Positions 1 through 17,050 of a stretch of DNA of 64,000 nucleotides are shown here, in pieces. Source of the DNA: the human T2T-CHM13v2.0 reference genome, Homo sapiens; the NCBI RefSeq assembly GCF_009914755.1, contig NC_060927.1. One strand, written 5' to 3'. A program made the translations under genes and the position numbers. The stretch's first letter is position 1; every line of letters starts with the position of its first letter. Under the pieces are notes generated by a model, which made no database searches, was not told the origin of the DNA, and saw nothing but the letters and a program-made list of their open reading frames with translations.

Positions 1-214
1 GCTGTCTATCATCCCCAATACGGCTTCTACTGTGCCTATGGGAGACCCTGTGAGTCACTTGTGACTTTCACAGAAACTCCTGAGAATGGGTCAAAATGGA
101 CTCTGCACTTAAGGAATATGTCTTGTTCAGTCAGTGGAAGGTACGAGTGTATGCTTGTTCTGTATCCAGAGGGCATTCAGACTAAAATCTACAACCTTCT
201 CATTCAGACACACG
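1..214 (+). CDS. CD96: CD96 exon 2, 3' part (IgV domain D1); begins upstream of the window
   Basis: Frame 1 reads AVYHPQYGFYCAYGRPCESLVTFTETPENGSKWTLHLRNMSCSVSGRYECMLVLYPEGIQTKIYNLLIQTH, matching human CD96 as I recall it; phase-1 donor G|GTAAGC at 214/215. Confidence 0.97.
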
Positions 215-244
215 GTAAGCATAACTGGTAGAGGGATGTGCTTT

Positions 245-1160
245 CATTCAGCTCTCTCTCATTCAACAAATGTACATTTTAAGAAAAGCAAGGTTAGGCT
301 TGGTGCTCAGCATACAAAGGTTGAGCAGAAAGAGCTACTGTCTGATAAGAGAGACAGGAAGTGACCACAGCATTTAAGTAAATAAATGTAAACTTGCAAC
401 AGTGATAAGTGTCGATAATAAATACTGTAACAGTCTTGTGAAGGAGCACATCACAGAGGCCATTGAAATTGTCCTTTAGAAATTAACACCATAGCTTAAG
501 TCTAAAGAATGAGTAGACACTACCACAATTTAGGAGGTGGGGCTGAGGCAGAGTGGGATTGTGAGTAATCCCAGAGAGAGAAAAGAGCTTGCATGAAGCT
601 CTTTGGAGTGTTTGAAGAAATGGGAAAATGCCAGTGGGACAGCAATACAGCAATTAAAGGATAAGGCAGGTAAGGACCAGATCATGTTGGACCTGGTCAG
701 CTTCCCTTTTAAAAGGTTTCTATTTTGATCTCAGAACCATAAGAAGACATGGAAGTATTTCCAACAAAAGGATGGCATGACATTTATAGGCTGACTGTAT
801 TTGTGTTGTTTAAAAAAAAAAAGTCATACTGACTTTCATGTGAAAATGAGGTGAAGATGGACAAGAAGGAGAAGGTAGAGACAACTCAGGAGACCACCTC
901 AGTAGCCCAGAAAAGAGAGAGTGGTAGTTCAGGTAGATATAGAAGGAAAATGGCAAATTTTGTTCATTGGGCATAAAACAGATATGATCATAGAGAGAAT
1001 ATAAGACAAGGGCAGTATGAAGGAAGGAGAGAAAGAAGTTAAAGGTGACATCTGGGTGTCTGGCATGCACACCTGAATGGTGGTGCTATTCACTGTGATG
1101 GAAGGTAAAGGAAGGTTTGTGGGTGAATTTATGAAAGTGATTCTGGGTATACAATATTTA
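245..1160 (-). mobile_element. Degraded L2 LINE fragment(s); boundaries approximate
   Basis: ttcattca...attcaacaaat (reverse of the L2 3' end) followed by purine-rich L2-like body. Confidence 0.5.
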
Positions 1161-1700
1161 GTCTAGGGCAGGTAAAGGGACAAAGGAAGCTGCTAACTAT
1201 GAAGCATTCACACCAAACATACTTTGGAGGCCTGCATTTAGAAGTGGGAATCCTAGATTTAAGTTCTAGCTCCTTTCTGAATAGAAATAAAATTTGACTT
1301 GGGGCCTGTGGTGTAAATTCTCTGAGCCCATTTGGAAAATGATTATAATAATGCCTGCCCTAAATTACCTGGTCCTAAAGTAAATGATTTTCATTTCTGC
1401 TAATGGAAAACAATGAAAGTGAAAGCCAACAGATGCAAAATGCACTGGCAGTGGACTGGTTCTAACTCAGGGCAAAGTGGCCTGGTAATATAAGAAAAAA
1501 AAATAACTCGTGAAGGTCATATTAAAGGGGGCATAGAGCTGTCCAGAACAAGCAACAGGTATGGATTTATAGCCTCCTCTCCATGTCTTATAACTTACTT
1601 GCTTTAAAAATATGCTGTTGGAACAGTCCACCTATAGGCCAAGGTCCCATCAACTACTATCTTATAATGCCCAATTCCCTTGCTGTTTTCCAGGAGGAAA

Positions 1701-1725
1701 ACACACCACACACACACACACACAG

Positions 1726-1759
<34 letters not shown>
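1701..1759. repeat. Imperfect (CA)n microsatellite
   Basis: About 59 bp of CA repeats with few interruptions. Confidence 0.95.
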
Positions 1760-3689
1760 TTCAGTTCAATTAAGGATGGAGTGGAGTGGGATTGAAGTAA
1801 AGAGAAATGGAAGACCTATATAGAAAACTGTTTAGCTATACATAGTTTGATTCAGGTAGCCTGTATTTGGATATTGGCTCTATCATTTACCATACGTTTC
1901 ATCATTCCCAAGTTGTTTCAAGTTTGTTACATAACAAATATGGATAATTATAGTGCTTTCTTTACAGGTATCACTAGCTTGGTGATTAAATGAGATAATC
2001 TGTGTAATGCACTTAAACATATAGTTCCTGCTAAAGGATAAGAGTTTGGTAAATGGTAGTTTTCAATTAAGAATAGTAATAATTATATTGAGCAAATTCT
2101 ATTTCTCAGTTCCAATTAAATATGAGCCCTGCTCCTTCTTTTTATATATTGACCTCATTTGGAACCCAGTAAGACATTTGCCATGTAATGTTAGTACAAG
2201 TACACATTGACCTTGGTTTCATACATAGTTTTTTTTGTACATTCTGCCTGAACCAGTAAACAATACTATTGCCTCACGGAGGACTCAGTGTTTCCTTCAT
2301 TGAGACTTGGCAACATGGACTGATGTACCTTATAGGAAATAGAATAAGTGATGCCACAAAATGAAGACAGCAATGGAGAACAGATAGTATATTATCCAGA
2401 AAGGAGGATGATGTTGCCTTTAAAGAAATGTATTTCTTAAAATAAAGAGAACCAAGGGAGTTAAGCTTGTAGCTACTAAAAACTGCAGGTCACTGGAGAG
2501 GCAGAAACCGTATCTATACTTTTTGCGGTTGGAAAATTTCCGGTCTTCTGAATGTAACTTTGCTGCTGTCATCTGGATCAGATGAAAAGCAATGGCCTCA
2601 GTGTTAGAGAAATGGTTCTGGTATTGTGATTTTGGGTACAAAGGGAGTAAAATAGAAAAGAGCAAAACAGAAGGGGGAAACATCCTTCACCACAGAGTGA
2701 CCACAAATGTAAGCCTGGTACGGAGCTACAGAGTAGGCAGCTGACTAAAGGGAGGCAGTTGCCATCTGAGAGCTCTGTCAAGTTCACAACCAATAGCATA
2801 TTTTCTTTCTACCCTTTACTGTTTTGATCTTCTCTTGCTTCTTCTCCTCTCACTTGTACAGTTTTCTTCTTATGCCCCTGTGCAATCTTTAAGTTTACAA
2901 GCTAGTTGGGTAAGCAAAACACACCTGAAGTGCAAACACTTATATAGTACATAAACAAATGCAAATTGAAGTGGTGCATAAGAACCTAATTTGAAAATGC
3001 TGAGGGACTTGAAGTGTTTGAGTTGATCATCTCTTCCTGTTTCTTTTCTGTTGCTGTTTGAGTCATTCTCTCTTGTCTGCTCACAACACAGTGTGTGTCT
3101 AAATCCTGTTCCCATGTTCCCCAAGGGCCTAGCTGTGAAAGGATTCTGTTCTCTTTTCACAATATTTTGTCTCTGTGTGTGTCTTAGTGCTCTGAGATTG
3201 TGGACAAGAGTGGAAATATAATAAACAGTGTGAGGTTTGCCTCTTTTTCGCTTTCACTTGACAGAGTTTCCTCCTAGGTTAGGAGATTTTCAGTCACTCC
3301 AAGAAATGCAGTTCTCTGAGTTAAGCCTTGGATTGTCATAATCTAGATTTCATTCATTTGAATGCTACTGGATCCCATAATGCTTCAGATTGTAAGATTT
3401 TGGTGCATTTTAAAATTTGTAGTTATTAAGATCAGTTATAAGAGTATAACATGGCTTTAATTTACTAGTTCACAGTAAATGCCTTGGTGGGCTGTTAATG
3501 TTATTGGAAGCAGTAGTAGCAGTGAATGCGGTTGGAGAAGTCATGGTCCTGGAAGTAGTAGTAATAGTAGCAATAAAATTTTGATACTACAATGTTGATA
3601 AGCTTGGTCTAAAACATGTTGTTATCCTGTCTAGTTTGTATTGAGCCTGAATGCTGGCTCTTCTTAAATTCCTGTATTTAGTCTTTATC

Positions 3690-6240
3690 CAACAAGTGTT
3701 TTTGAGTGCTTACAGTGCTAGACACTGGGCACTAGGCACAGAGTAGGCATATATGCATGACTGTGTCTTCATGAATCACAAAGTTCAATAGGAAGAAGTT
3801 GACATTCATCAAATAAGCAAACAAATATCAAATTGCAACAGTGAGAAGTGCTTCAGAAGTGAGGAAGTAGTGTATGAGAGGGTATAATAGGAAAATCAGA
3901 AAAGACTTTCTTTACTTTGTCCTTTCCTTTCCCTTCCCCCTTATTTTCATTTCCCTCTCTTCTCCCCTCCCCTCTCTTCCCCTCCCCTCCCCTCTCCTTT
4001 CCTTTCCTTTGGAAGCGCTGCTTCAACTGGAGTTAACCAAGTGAACACAGAGCTTTACAAAGAACAGGACATGCAAAGGTTCTATGGGGGAAGGAAGTTA
4101 TAACAACTGGGTAGGCAGGGGAGATTTTAAAAGGTATTATGGCTGGAGCAGAGGGATTACAGGTGAGGCAGTTGACGATAAGGTTAGAAAGATTGATTAG
4201 TCCATTTAAGGAGTTTTGTCTTTATCCTAAGAGCTGTGGGAACTAATTAAAAGGTGGTTGTTTTGTTTGATTTTTTTTGTTTTGCATTTCAAAAATGCAT
4301 CTTTGTGGTTCAAGTGTAGAGAATGAATTGGAGAAGGCAGAGACGATAGTGTGGATCAGTTAGAAGACAACAGCAGAAAGCTACATGAGAGATGCTGGTA
4401 CCATTAAGTACAGTGGCAATGAACTAGAAATAGAAGAATGTTTAGATTAGAAACTTGTGTAGGAGATTCTCCCCACAGGATCAGTGGTGGATTGCCTACG
4501 TGAAGGAAGGAATAAAAAGCAGCGTCAAGGATGATGCTTTAATTTCTAATATGTGACACAGAAAAAATAGGGGAACATTGTATTAGGGAACACTGGAAGA
4601 TGATCAGATCATACAGAAATTATTTTGCATTTAATCTTATAGATGTTGAGTTAGGCATGAAGTTGTGACATACAGAAGACGTTAGGTAAACTGGATATAC
4701 AATTTCAGATCTAGGAGAGAGGTTTAAGCTGAAGATACAGAGTCATCTGAGTGTGAGTGTTAACTAAAATTCTGGGAGTGAAAGAAATCCTCTAGGAAGA
4801 GAAAATCAAGCAAGAAAAGCCATGTGGCACTTCAGCAGAGTCCATGGTGACGGATGGAGAAAGGTGAGTCTTCAGAGGATAATGAAGAGCAATTAAAGAG
4901 GCAAAAGTAGAATCAGGAGTGAATTGGGTCACAAAAACCTGGAAACATATTACATAAAAGGAATAGCCATCAATTATAAAGTTTCTAAGAAGATAAAATA
5001 GTTATTCGAATGTATTTTAAAACATGAAGTTTTTTTTATCACCTAACAGGAACTGTTTGATGGCATTATGGAATGGAAGTCAGGCTGGAGGGAGAAGAGG
5101 AATGAGTGGGAGGCAAGGAAATGGGGACAGCACATTGATATGACTTTCAAGAAATCTGCCAGTAGTAATAGGAAGAGTAGATAGAGGTGTTCAAATGCGG
5201 GATTCTGTTGATACTACAGTAGTGATGGTGGTGGTGGTTTCAATTAATAAGAAACACTTGACTGTGCTTCAAAGTTAATGGGCAGGATCTAGTTGAAAAA
5301 GGGTAGTTAAATACACAGTATGGAAGATAAAATAATAAACCAAGGTTTCTAAGAAAATGGGGACAATGATACTCACAACACAAGTAGGACTACCCCGATA
5401 TTGAAAAAAAAAGAACAGTTTTTTTTTATTGTAACAGGTGGGAGGGAAAATAAGATGAGTGCATATGATGAGGGAGGTGCTGTCTTCTATTTCTCTAAAA
5501 TAGGAAACAAAACCATCTTCAGCTAGAGAGAGGAAGGAAGCTTCAGAAAAGAAGATTGAGGAAGGTTTGAAACAGCTGCTATGGATAGAAGGGAAATGGA
5601 TTCACTAAGTTAACACATTTGGATTTTTGGTCTGTGTTGAACATCCATTTGGGTATGGTATGAAATGGTAGTGAAAACAATTCGCACAAGGCTTTCTCCA
5701 GCAGTGATTGGCTGCTTGAGTCTGGGCATTAAAAAGTACATAGTGCCACATTTGGATTCCTTTTTAGATTGTTGCCAAAAGGAAAACAAAAAGGCAAAGG
5801 ATTTGGGGTATAAGCAAAAATATTATTGACATAATGCACTATAGAACTTTAGCTTGATAATAAGAGATGCAAAGAAAAAATAAAGCTGGTGATTTGGAAA
5901 AAAGTAGAGTGATTAACTCATTAAAAGACCAATGAGGTTGGAGAACAGTTGAAATGAAACTGGTTGCACAAACTGGAAGAAGAGATGTTTGTAGGTCTGA
6001 ATTTGTGATTTTGTAGATGAGCTATTTTACATGATAACAAGATCCAAGATGTGATTGTGAGAGTAGATGGCTAAAATGAAGTGGAGACAATTAATGAAGA
6101 TGACAGTGGGAAGAACTGAGAGTCCAGGTATTGGAGAAGTCATCTGCATGGTCACTGAAAGCACCTAGGTTATGTCAGGTTTGGGGCTGCAAAATATTGC
6201 AGTCTACATAAAAACATTTTCAAAGAAAAACGGAGTGTGA
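3690..6240 (-). mobile_element. Long degraded L2 LINE; boundaries approximate
   Basis: Starts with tccaacaagtgtttttgagtgcttac (reverse L2 3' end) and continues with purine-rich L2-like sequence; a CT-rich low-complexity tract lies at about 3920-4008. Confidence 0.55.
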
Positions 6241-6287
6241 TTGGGAGATTACAGCAGAAGTTGACAAACTTTTTCTCTGAAGGGTCA

Positions 6288-7339
6288 TGCTAAGCTTTGA
6301 ATATTTGTCCCCTTCAAAATCATTTTGAAATTTATTGTCATTGTAACAGTATTAAGACATGGGACCTTCTTTTTCTTCAAATTTTAAGTTCAGGGGTACA
6401 TGTGCAGGATGTGCAGGTTTGTTATATAGGTAAATGTGTGCCATGGTAGTTTGCTGCACAGATCATTCCATCACCCAGGTATTAAGCCCAGCATCCATTA
6501 GCTATTCTTCCTGATGCTCTCCTTCACCCCACCACACCCTCCGACAGGCCCCAGTGTGTATTGTTCCCCCTCATGGGTCAGAATGATTTATAACAGAATG
6601 ATTTATATTCCTTTGAGTATATACCAGTAACGGGATTGCTGGGTCAAATGGTATTTCTGCCTTTAGGTCTTTGACGAATGGCCACACTGTCTTCCACAAT
6701 GGCTGAACTAATTTACACTCCCACCAACAGTGTAAAAGCATTCCTTTTTCTCAGCAACTTCACCAGCATCTGTTCTTTCTTGACTTTTTAATAATAGCCA
6801 TTCTGAGTGGTGCAAGATGATATCTCCTTGTAGTTTTGATTTGCATTTCTCTAATTATCAGTGATGTTGAGCTTTTTTTCATATTTGTTGGCTGCATATA
6901 TGTCTTCTTTTGAGAAGTGTCTATTCATGTCCTGTGCCCACTTTTTAATGAGTTTGTTTTTTTTCTTGTAAATTTGTTTAAGTTCCTTTGTAGACACTGG
7001 ATATTAGACCCCAGGCCCTTTAAGAGGTGATATAAGGGCTCCACTCTCCTGGAAAAGATTTGTGGCAATATAAAAATGTGTGTTTGTCCCCCTCTTTTCT
7101 CTCTGTGGCTCTTCTGCTCTTCTGCCATGTGGGGAGCAGCATTCCTCCCTCCGAGGATGCAGCATTCAAAGTGCCATCTTGAAAGAGGACAGGACACTGG
7201 GCTCTAACCAGACACCAAACCTGCCGATGTTTTGATCTTGGACTTTCCAGCCTCAAGAACTGAGATAAACAAATATGTTTTTTAATAAGTTACCTAATCT
7301 CAGATATTCTTTTGCAGCATCACAAAACAGACTGAAATA
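6288..7339 (+). mobile_element. MaLR solo LTR (MST/MLT1A-like), interrupted by L1 at about 6370-7010
   Basis: tgctaagctttgaatatttgtcccc...gggacctt resumes as ccctttaagaggtgat...ttggactttccagcctcaagaactgaga...aacagactgaaata. Confidence 0.7.
6370..7010 (-). mobile_element. 5'-truncated older primate L1 (3' UTR and ORF2 end) with an internal deletion
   Basis: ttttaagttcaggggtacatgtgcaggatgtgcaggtttg is the reverse L1 3' end; later sequence parallels the L1 at about 11510-11920. Confidence 0.85.
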
Positions 7340-7649
7340 GTCCAAATACTAAATATTTTAGGCTTTGTGGTCCATGTAGTCTCTGTCACAACTACTCAAC
7401 TCTACCACTGTTGCATAAAAAGCATCACAGAGAATATGTAAATGAATGGGCCTGACTGTGTTCTAATTCAACTTTATTTACAAAAATAGGCAACAAGCCA
7501 GATTTGGCCCACAGGCCAAGGTTTATGACCTCTGAGTTAGAGGATAATAGCAGTGAATCAAGGAAGAAAGGGATTGTTTTGTTTTTCTTAAAATATGTTG
7601 CTCATAACTGACAATACTGGTACTGGAGATGGTTTTAGGTGATTCATGA

Positions 7650-10600
7650 AACAACTATAAAAGCTTTAATTGTGGAAAACTCTAAACAATATACAAAAAA
7701 TACATAGAATAATTATGAAAATTATATAGAATAATTTCCCACATACTGAACATACAACTTCAACAATTATCAACTCATAGGCAATCTCATTTTATTTAAA
7801 CCCTTATCAACTGCTGCCTTCCAAGATTACTTTGGAGAAAATGCAAGACTTCTTGTTTATTTTAGTATGAATCTTTAAAAGATAAAGATGTCATTAAAAA
7901 AAAGCCATAATCTACCACCAAAACTAAAAAAAAATTAGTATTTAATATTATTCAATATCCCATCAGCCTGATAATGTTATATTTTGTTTTTTTTTTTAAA
8001 TTAGGATGCAGATAAACTAGATATATTGTGATTATTTGGAAATTCCCTTTTAATCTGAAAGCTATATTACATTTGTTATTTTTCCTTTGCGATATATTTG
8101 TTGAATAAATTTGATGATTTGTCCAGCCTGGATTTTGCTCTTATAGTCCCATAGTATCTCTATGTTTTCACCTTATAGTTAGACTTATAAACTCTAAGTT
8201 ATCTTATATTCTTGACAGAGACTTGATAACATTTAGGTTTTCTTTTTTCTTTTTTTTTTTTTTTGGCAAGACTACGTGATAGATGATGCATAGTTATATG
8301 AGAGGCACATAATTCTGGTTACATGATATTAAGAGCCACTGGTGAGCCTTGCCTACATCCATTAAATCATTATGATTTGCCGAATAGAAATATTCTATCA
8401 TTCCCTAATTTATTAGCTTAAGTATTTCTATAAAGAGAAACTTCCTCTCATCAACTTATTATTTATTTGATGTATAGTTTGTATAAGAAAAGCAGAATAG
8501 ATACTTGATTCTTTCCCTTTAATCACCAGTTTTAAAAATGAGTTGGTTAACTAGTATTTTTAGAAAGTGACCCGTAAGTATTTTATGTTAAGTATCATGA
8601 ATTTATATGAACTTAAACATACTGATGAATTTCAATTCATTACGGTTATTATCCTTATTTTACTGAAAATTTCCCATATATAAAACCTATTAATCCTTTG
8701 TTATATAAGTTGCAAATATTTTCCCAGTTTGTCATTTATTCTTACTTTCTTATATTGTTTGCAATGCAGCATGTTTCTTATTTTTATTAAATAAAATCTA
8801 TTACTCTTTTCCCTTATTGGTCCTGATTTTAAGTTTTGGTCAAGAAAAGTTTTCTTCATTTCCAAATTATATAAGAATTCACTCATAATTTCTGATACTT
8901 GCATGCTTTCTTTTATGAGCATTTAAATTTGTAACATTAGGTTTCTGGTGCAAAATAAAAACACCTAAATTTACATTTTTATATATCTCTAATGCCTTCT
9001 TCTATATTTTCTACTTTTTTTCCCTTCTGTGATTCAATTAGGTATTCACCTGTCTTCCAATCATGAACTCTATCTCTATGATGTCCAATAAGTTTTTACC
9101 CCATCAAATTAGTTCTTAATTTCTGATATTGTATTTTTAAGTTATTTGATCACATTTGATAGATTTTTAATTTTTGATAAATTTGTCCACCTTTTGATCT
9201 ACTTCCTCCATTTCTTCTCTGTTTTCTTGACTATATGAAAAAGAGTTATTTTAAATCTTTGTTGGATAACTCCAAAGTCAGAAGCATTTGTTTGTCTGTT
9301 CCTATGTCTATTTTTCTCTTATTTTCTTTTTTTGCAACTTGCTCCACCGTATCTCCTCTAAACCACTCTGTATTACTAAATATACTGCATCTATATCAAA
9401 CTATAAAGTACACGTATATAATAATATATGTATTAAACTCAACAGTTCAGTGTTAAATTAAGGATTTAAAGCAGCAGTACCCAACTTTTTGACACTAGGT
9501 ACCGGCATGGAAGACAACTTTTCCATAGACTGTGGTGGAGGGGGATGGTTTGGGGATGATTCAAGCCTATTACATTTATTGTGCACTTTATTTGTATTAT
9601 TATTACATTGTAATATATAATGAAATAATTATACAACTCACCATAATGTAGAATCAGTGGGAGCCCTGAGCTTGTCTTCCTGCAACTAGATGGTCCCATC
9701 TGGGGGTGATGGGAAACAGCAACAGATCATCAGGCATTAGATTCTCATAAGGAGCACACAACCTAGATCCCTCAAATGTGTAATTCACAATAGAGTTCGC
9801 ACTCCTATGAAAATCTAATGCAGCCACTGATTTGGCAGGACACAGATCTCAGATGGTAATGCAAGTGATGGGGAGTAGCTGTAAATACAGATGAAGCTTT
9901 TCTTACTCACACACTGCTCACCTCCTGCTGTGTGGCCCCATTCCTTAACAGGCCACGGACAAGTACCAGTCCATGGTCCAGGGGCTAAGAACCCCTGATT
10001 TAAAGAATTTCATGTTCTTTAACAAAATTAAGAGAAAAGAAAAGAAAAATAAATGTATGTATAGTTTTTATTTACTCACATATGAAGACTACATATATAA
10101 TTTTTCATATTTACTCACGTATTTACCATTTTTTGTGCTCTTTATTTTATCCCATGAATTGGAGTTACTGTTTGTTGTCATTTCTTTTCAGCCTGAAGGA
10201 CTTTAGTATTTCGTGTAAGACAAATCTACTTGCAATGAATTCTTTCAGATTTTTTCATTTTTAATTTTAAAGGATAATTTCAATGGATATAGAATTCAGA
10301 GTGGATTGTTTCTCTTTCTTTTAGCATTTTGAATATATCTTTCGATCGCCATTATTTCTGATTAAAATGAGCCACTAGTTATATTATTAGTCTGCTGAAT
10401 GGGATGAGCTTTTGTTTTTGTTTGTTTGGTTGGTTGGTTTTTGCTCCTTTCAATTGCTACTTTTATAATTTAGTCTTTCTTTTTGGCTTCCAGAAGTTTG
10501 ATTATGATGTGTCTTTTGGCTTTCAGAAGTTTGATTATGGGTGTCTCTTTGTGTTTGTCCTATTCAGGTTTTGTTAAAGTTCTTGGATGTGTAGATTAAT

Positions 10601-11009
10601 TTTAAGAAAGTTTTTAAATAATCAAATATGTGAAGTTTTTGGCCATTTTTTCTTCAAATATTTGATCCATCCCCTTACTCTTTCACTTCTTTTTCTACTA
10701 CTCCTGTTTCATGTATGTTACCATACTTGATACTGTCCTATATGGCTCTGAAGCTGTTTTCATTTCTTTCAATCCTTTTTCTCCCTTGAGATTAGATAAT
10801 TTATATTGAACAATGTTCAAATACACTGATTCTTTCTTCAGCCATCTCAAATTTGCTATTGAGAACATCTAGTAAATTTCTTATTTTTGCTACTGACATT
10901 TCAACTCTAAAATATACATTTGCTTCATTTTATAGCTTTCTATTTCTCTACTAACATTTCCTATTTATTGAGTCATTGTCATATTTTGCTTTAATACTTT
11001 GAATAGACT
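7650..11009 (-). mobile_element. Ancient L1M-type fragments, continuing after about 17066; boundaries approximate
   Basis: T-rich, heavily diverged L1-like sequence, e.g. gttcttggatgtgtagattaat, aaggataattt...ggatatagaattc. Confidence 0.5.
9472..9997 (+). mobile_element. MER1A (hAT-Charlie family) non-autonomous DNA transposon, complete
   Basis: CAG...CTG termini, perfect 8-bp TSD ATTTAAAG (9464-9471 and 9998-10005), MER1 core aagcctattacatttattgtgcactttatt. Confidence 0.9.
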
Positions 11010-11236
11010 AATAACAACTTCTTTTTTTTTTATTATACTTTAAGTTTTAGGGTACATGTGCACATTGTGCAGGTTAGTTACATATGTATACATGTGCCGT
11101 GCTGGTGCGCCGCACCCACTAACTCGTCATCTAGCATTAGGTATATCTCCCAATGCTATCCCTCCCCCCTCCCCCCACCCCACAACAGTCCCCAGAGTGT
11201 GATATTCCCCTTCCTGTGTCCATGTGATCTCATTGT

Positions 11237-15091
<3,855 letters not shown>

Positions 15092-15127
15092 TTAGTTGAC
15101 ACAGTTTCTTCCTAGTCTCGATGGTCT

Positions 15128-16144
15128 TTACATTTTGGCATGATTTTGCAGCAGCTGGTACCAGTTGTTCCTTTCCATGTTTAGCGCTTCCTTCAGGAGC
15201 TCTTTTAGGGCAGGCCTGGTGGTGACAAAATCTCTCAGCATTTGCTTGTCTGTAAAGTATTTAATTTCTCCTTCACTTATGAAGCTTAGTTTGGCTGGAT
15301 ATGAAATTCTGGGTTGAAAATTCTTTTCTTTAAGAATGTTGAATATTGGCCCCCACTCTCTTCTGGCTTGTAGGGTTTCTGCCGAGAGATCCACTGTTAG
15401 TCTGATGGGCTTCCCTTTGAGGGTAACCCGACCTTTCTCTCTGGCTGCCCTTAACATTTTTTCCTTCATTTCAACTTTGGTGAATCTGACAATTATGTGT
15501 CTTGGAGTTGCTCTTCTCGAGGAGTATCTTTGTGGCGTTCTCTGTATTTCCTGAATCTGAACGTTGGCCTGCCTTGCTAGATTGGGGAAGTTCTCCTGGA
15601 TAATATCCTGCAGAGTGTTTTCCAACTTGGTTCCATTCTCCCCATCACTTTCAGGTACACCAATCAGACGTAGATTTGGTCTTTTCACATAGTCCCATAT
15701 TTCTTGGAGGCTTTGCTCATTTCTTTTTATTCTTTTTTCTCTAAACTTCCCTTCTCGCTTCATTTCATTCATTTCATCTTCCATTGCTGATACCCTTTCT
15801 TCCAGTTGATCACATTGGCTCCTGAGGCTTCTGCATTCTTCACATAGTTCTCGAGCCTTGGTTTTCAGCTCCATCAGCTCCTTTAAGCACTTCTCTGTAT
15901 TGGTTATTCTAGTTATACATTCTTCTAAATTTTTTTCAAAGTTTTCAACTTCTTTGCCTTTGGTTTGAATGTCCTCCCGTAGCTCAGAGTAATTTGATCG
16001 TCTGAAGCCTTCTTCTCTCAGCTCGTCAAAGTCATTCTCCATCCAGCTTTGTTCCGTTGCTGGTGAGGAACTGTGTTCCTTTGGAGGAGGAGAGGCGCTC
16101 TGCGTTTTAGAGTTTCCAGTTTTTCTGTTCTGTTTTTTCCCCAT
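15128..16144 (-). CDS. L1 ORF1p, intact, 338 aa
   Basis: MGKKQNRKTGNSK...; REKG, ARR and YPAKLS motifs retained; canonical length. Confidence 0.95.
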   Translation of the reverse strand: MGKKQNRKTGNSKTQSASPPPKEHSSSPATEQSWMENDFDELREEGFRRSNYSELREDIQTKGKEVENFEKNLEECITRITNTEKCLKELMELKTKARELCEECRSLRSQCDQLEERVSAMEDEMNEMKREGKFREKRIKRNEQSLQEIWDYVKRPNLRLIGVPESDGENGTKLENTLQDIIQENFPNLARQANVQIQEIQRTPQRYSSRRATPRHIIVRFTKVEMKEKMLRAAREKGRVTLKGKPIRLTVDLSAETLQARREWGPIFNILKEKNFQPRISYPAKLSFISEGEIKYFTDKQMLRDFVTTRPALKELLKEALNMERNNWYQLLQNHAKM

Positions 16145-17050
16145 CTTTGTGGTTTTATCTACTTTCGGTCTTTGATGATGGTGATGTACAGATGGGTTTT
16201 CGGCGTGGATGTCCTTTCTGTTTGTTAGTTTTCCTTCTAACAGACAGGACCCTCAGCTGCAGGTCTGTTGGAATACCCTGCCTTGTGAGGTGTCAGTGTG
16301 CCCCTGCTGCGGGGTGCCTCCCAGTTAGGCTGCTCGGGGGTCAGGGGTCAGGGACCCACTTGAGGAGGCAGTCTGCCGGTTCTCAGATCTCCAGCTGCGT
16401 GCTGGGAGAACCACTGCTCTCTTCAAAGCTGTCAGACAGGGACATTTAAGTCTGCAGAGGTTACTGCTGTCTTTTTGTTTGTCTGTGCCCTGCCCCCAGA
16501 GGTGGAGCCTACAGAGGCAGGCAGGCCTCCTTGAGCTGTGGTGGGCTCCACCCAGTTCGAGCTTCCCGGCTGCTTTGTTTACCTAAGCAAGCCTGGGCAA
16601 TGGCGGGCGCCCCTCCCCCAGCCTCGCTGCCGACTTGCAGTTTGATCTCAGACTGCTGTGCTAGCAATCAGCGAGATTCCGTGGGCGTAGGACCCTCCGA
16701 GCCAGGTGTGGGATATAGTCTCGTGGTGCGCCGTTTTTTAAGCCGGTCTGAAAAGCGCAATATTCGGGTGGGAGTGACCCGATTTTCCAGGTGCGTCCGT
16801 CACCCCTTTCTTTGACTCGGAAAGGGAACTCCCTGACCCCTTGCACTTCCCAGGTGAGGCAATGCCTCGCCCTGCTTCGGCTCCCGCACGGTGCGCGCAC
16901 CCACTGGCCTGCGCCCACTGTCTGGCGCTCCCTAGTGAGATGAACCCAGTACCTCAGATGGAAATGCAGAAATCACCGGTCTTCTGCGTCGCTCACGTTG
17001 GGAGCTGTAGACCGGAGCTGTTCCTATTCGGCCATCTTGGCTCCTCCCCG
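16145..17050. promoter_or_regulatory. L1 5' UTR CpG-rich bidirectional promoter (sense promoter on -, antisense promoter on +)
   Basis: Complete CpG-rich 5' UTR; YY1 site (ggccatcttgg on +, about 17030-17040) intact. Activity is inferred from L1 biology. Confidence 0.75.
16600..16815 (+). CDS. L1 ORF0 (antisense 5'-UTR ORF), intact, 71 aa
   Basis: ATG at 16600 in gcaATGg context; MAGAPPPASLPTCSLISDCCASNQRDSVGVGPSEPG...RCVRHPFL*; donors CAG|GTGTGG (16705/6) and CAG|GTGCGT (16790/1). Confidence 0.9.
   Translation: MAGAPPPASLPTCSLISDCCASNQRDSVGVGPSEPGVGYSLVVRRFLSRSEKRNIRVGVTRFSRCVRHPFL

Larger units (their letters stand above)
6252..7534 (+). mobile_element. MER58A-like hAT MITE, split by a MaLR LTR that is itself split by an L1 fragment
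   Basis: 5' part cagcagaagttgacaaacttttttctctgaagggtca (about 6252-6287) resumes at about 7340 with aaatactaaatattttaggctttgtgg...ggtttatgacctctg. Confidence 0.7.

Noticed and set aside
134-364. 76-aa ORF from the track overlapping the window start
   Set aside because: Wrong frame; the real coding sequence is CD96 exon 2 in frame 1, ending at the donor at 214.
1690-1712. GGAA and ACCACA (ETS/RUNX-like) motifs beside the CA repeat
   Set aside because: ACCACA arises from an interruption in the microsatellite; too weak without chromatin data.
11100-11140. Possibility that the L1 is an active L1HS-Ta
   Set aside because: Diagnostic triplet is GAG rather than ACA or ACG, and ORF2 has a nonsense codon.
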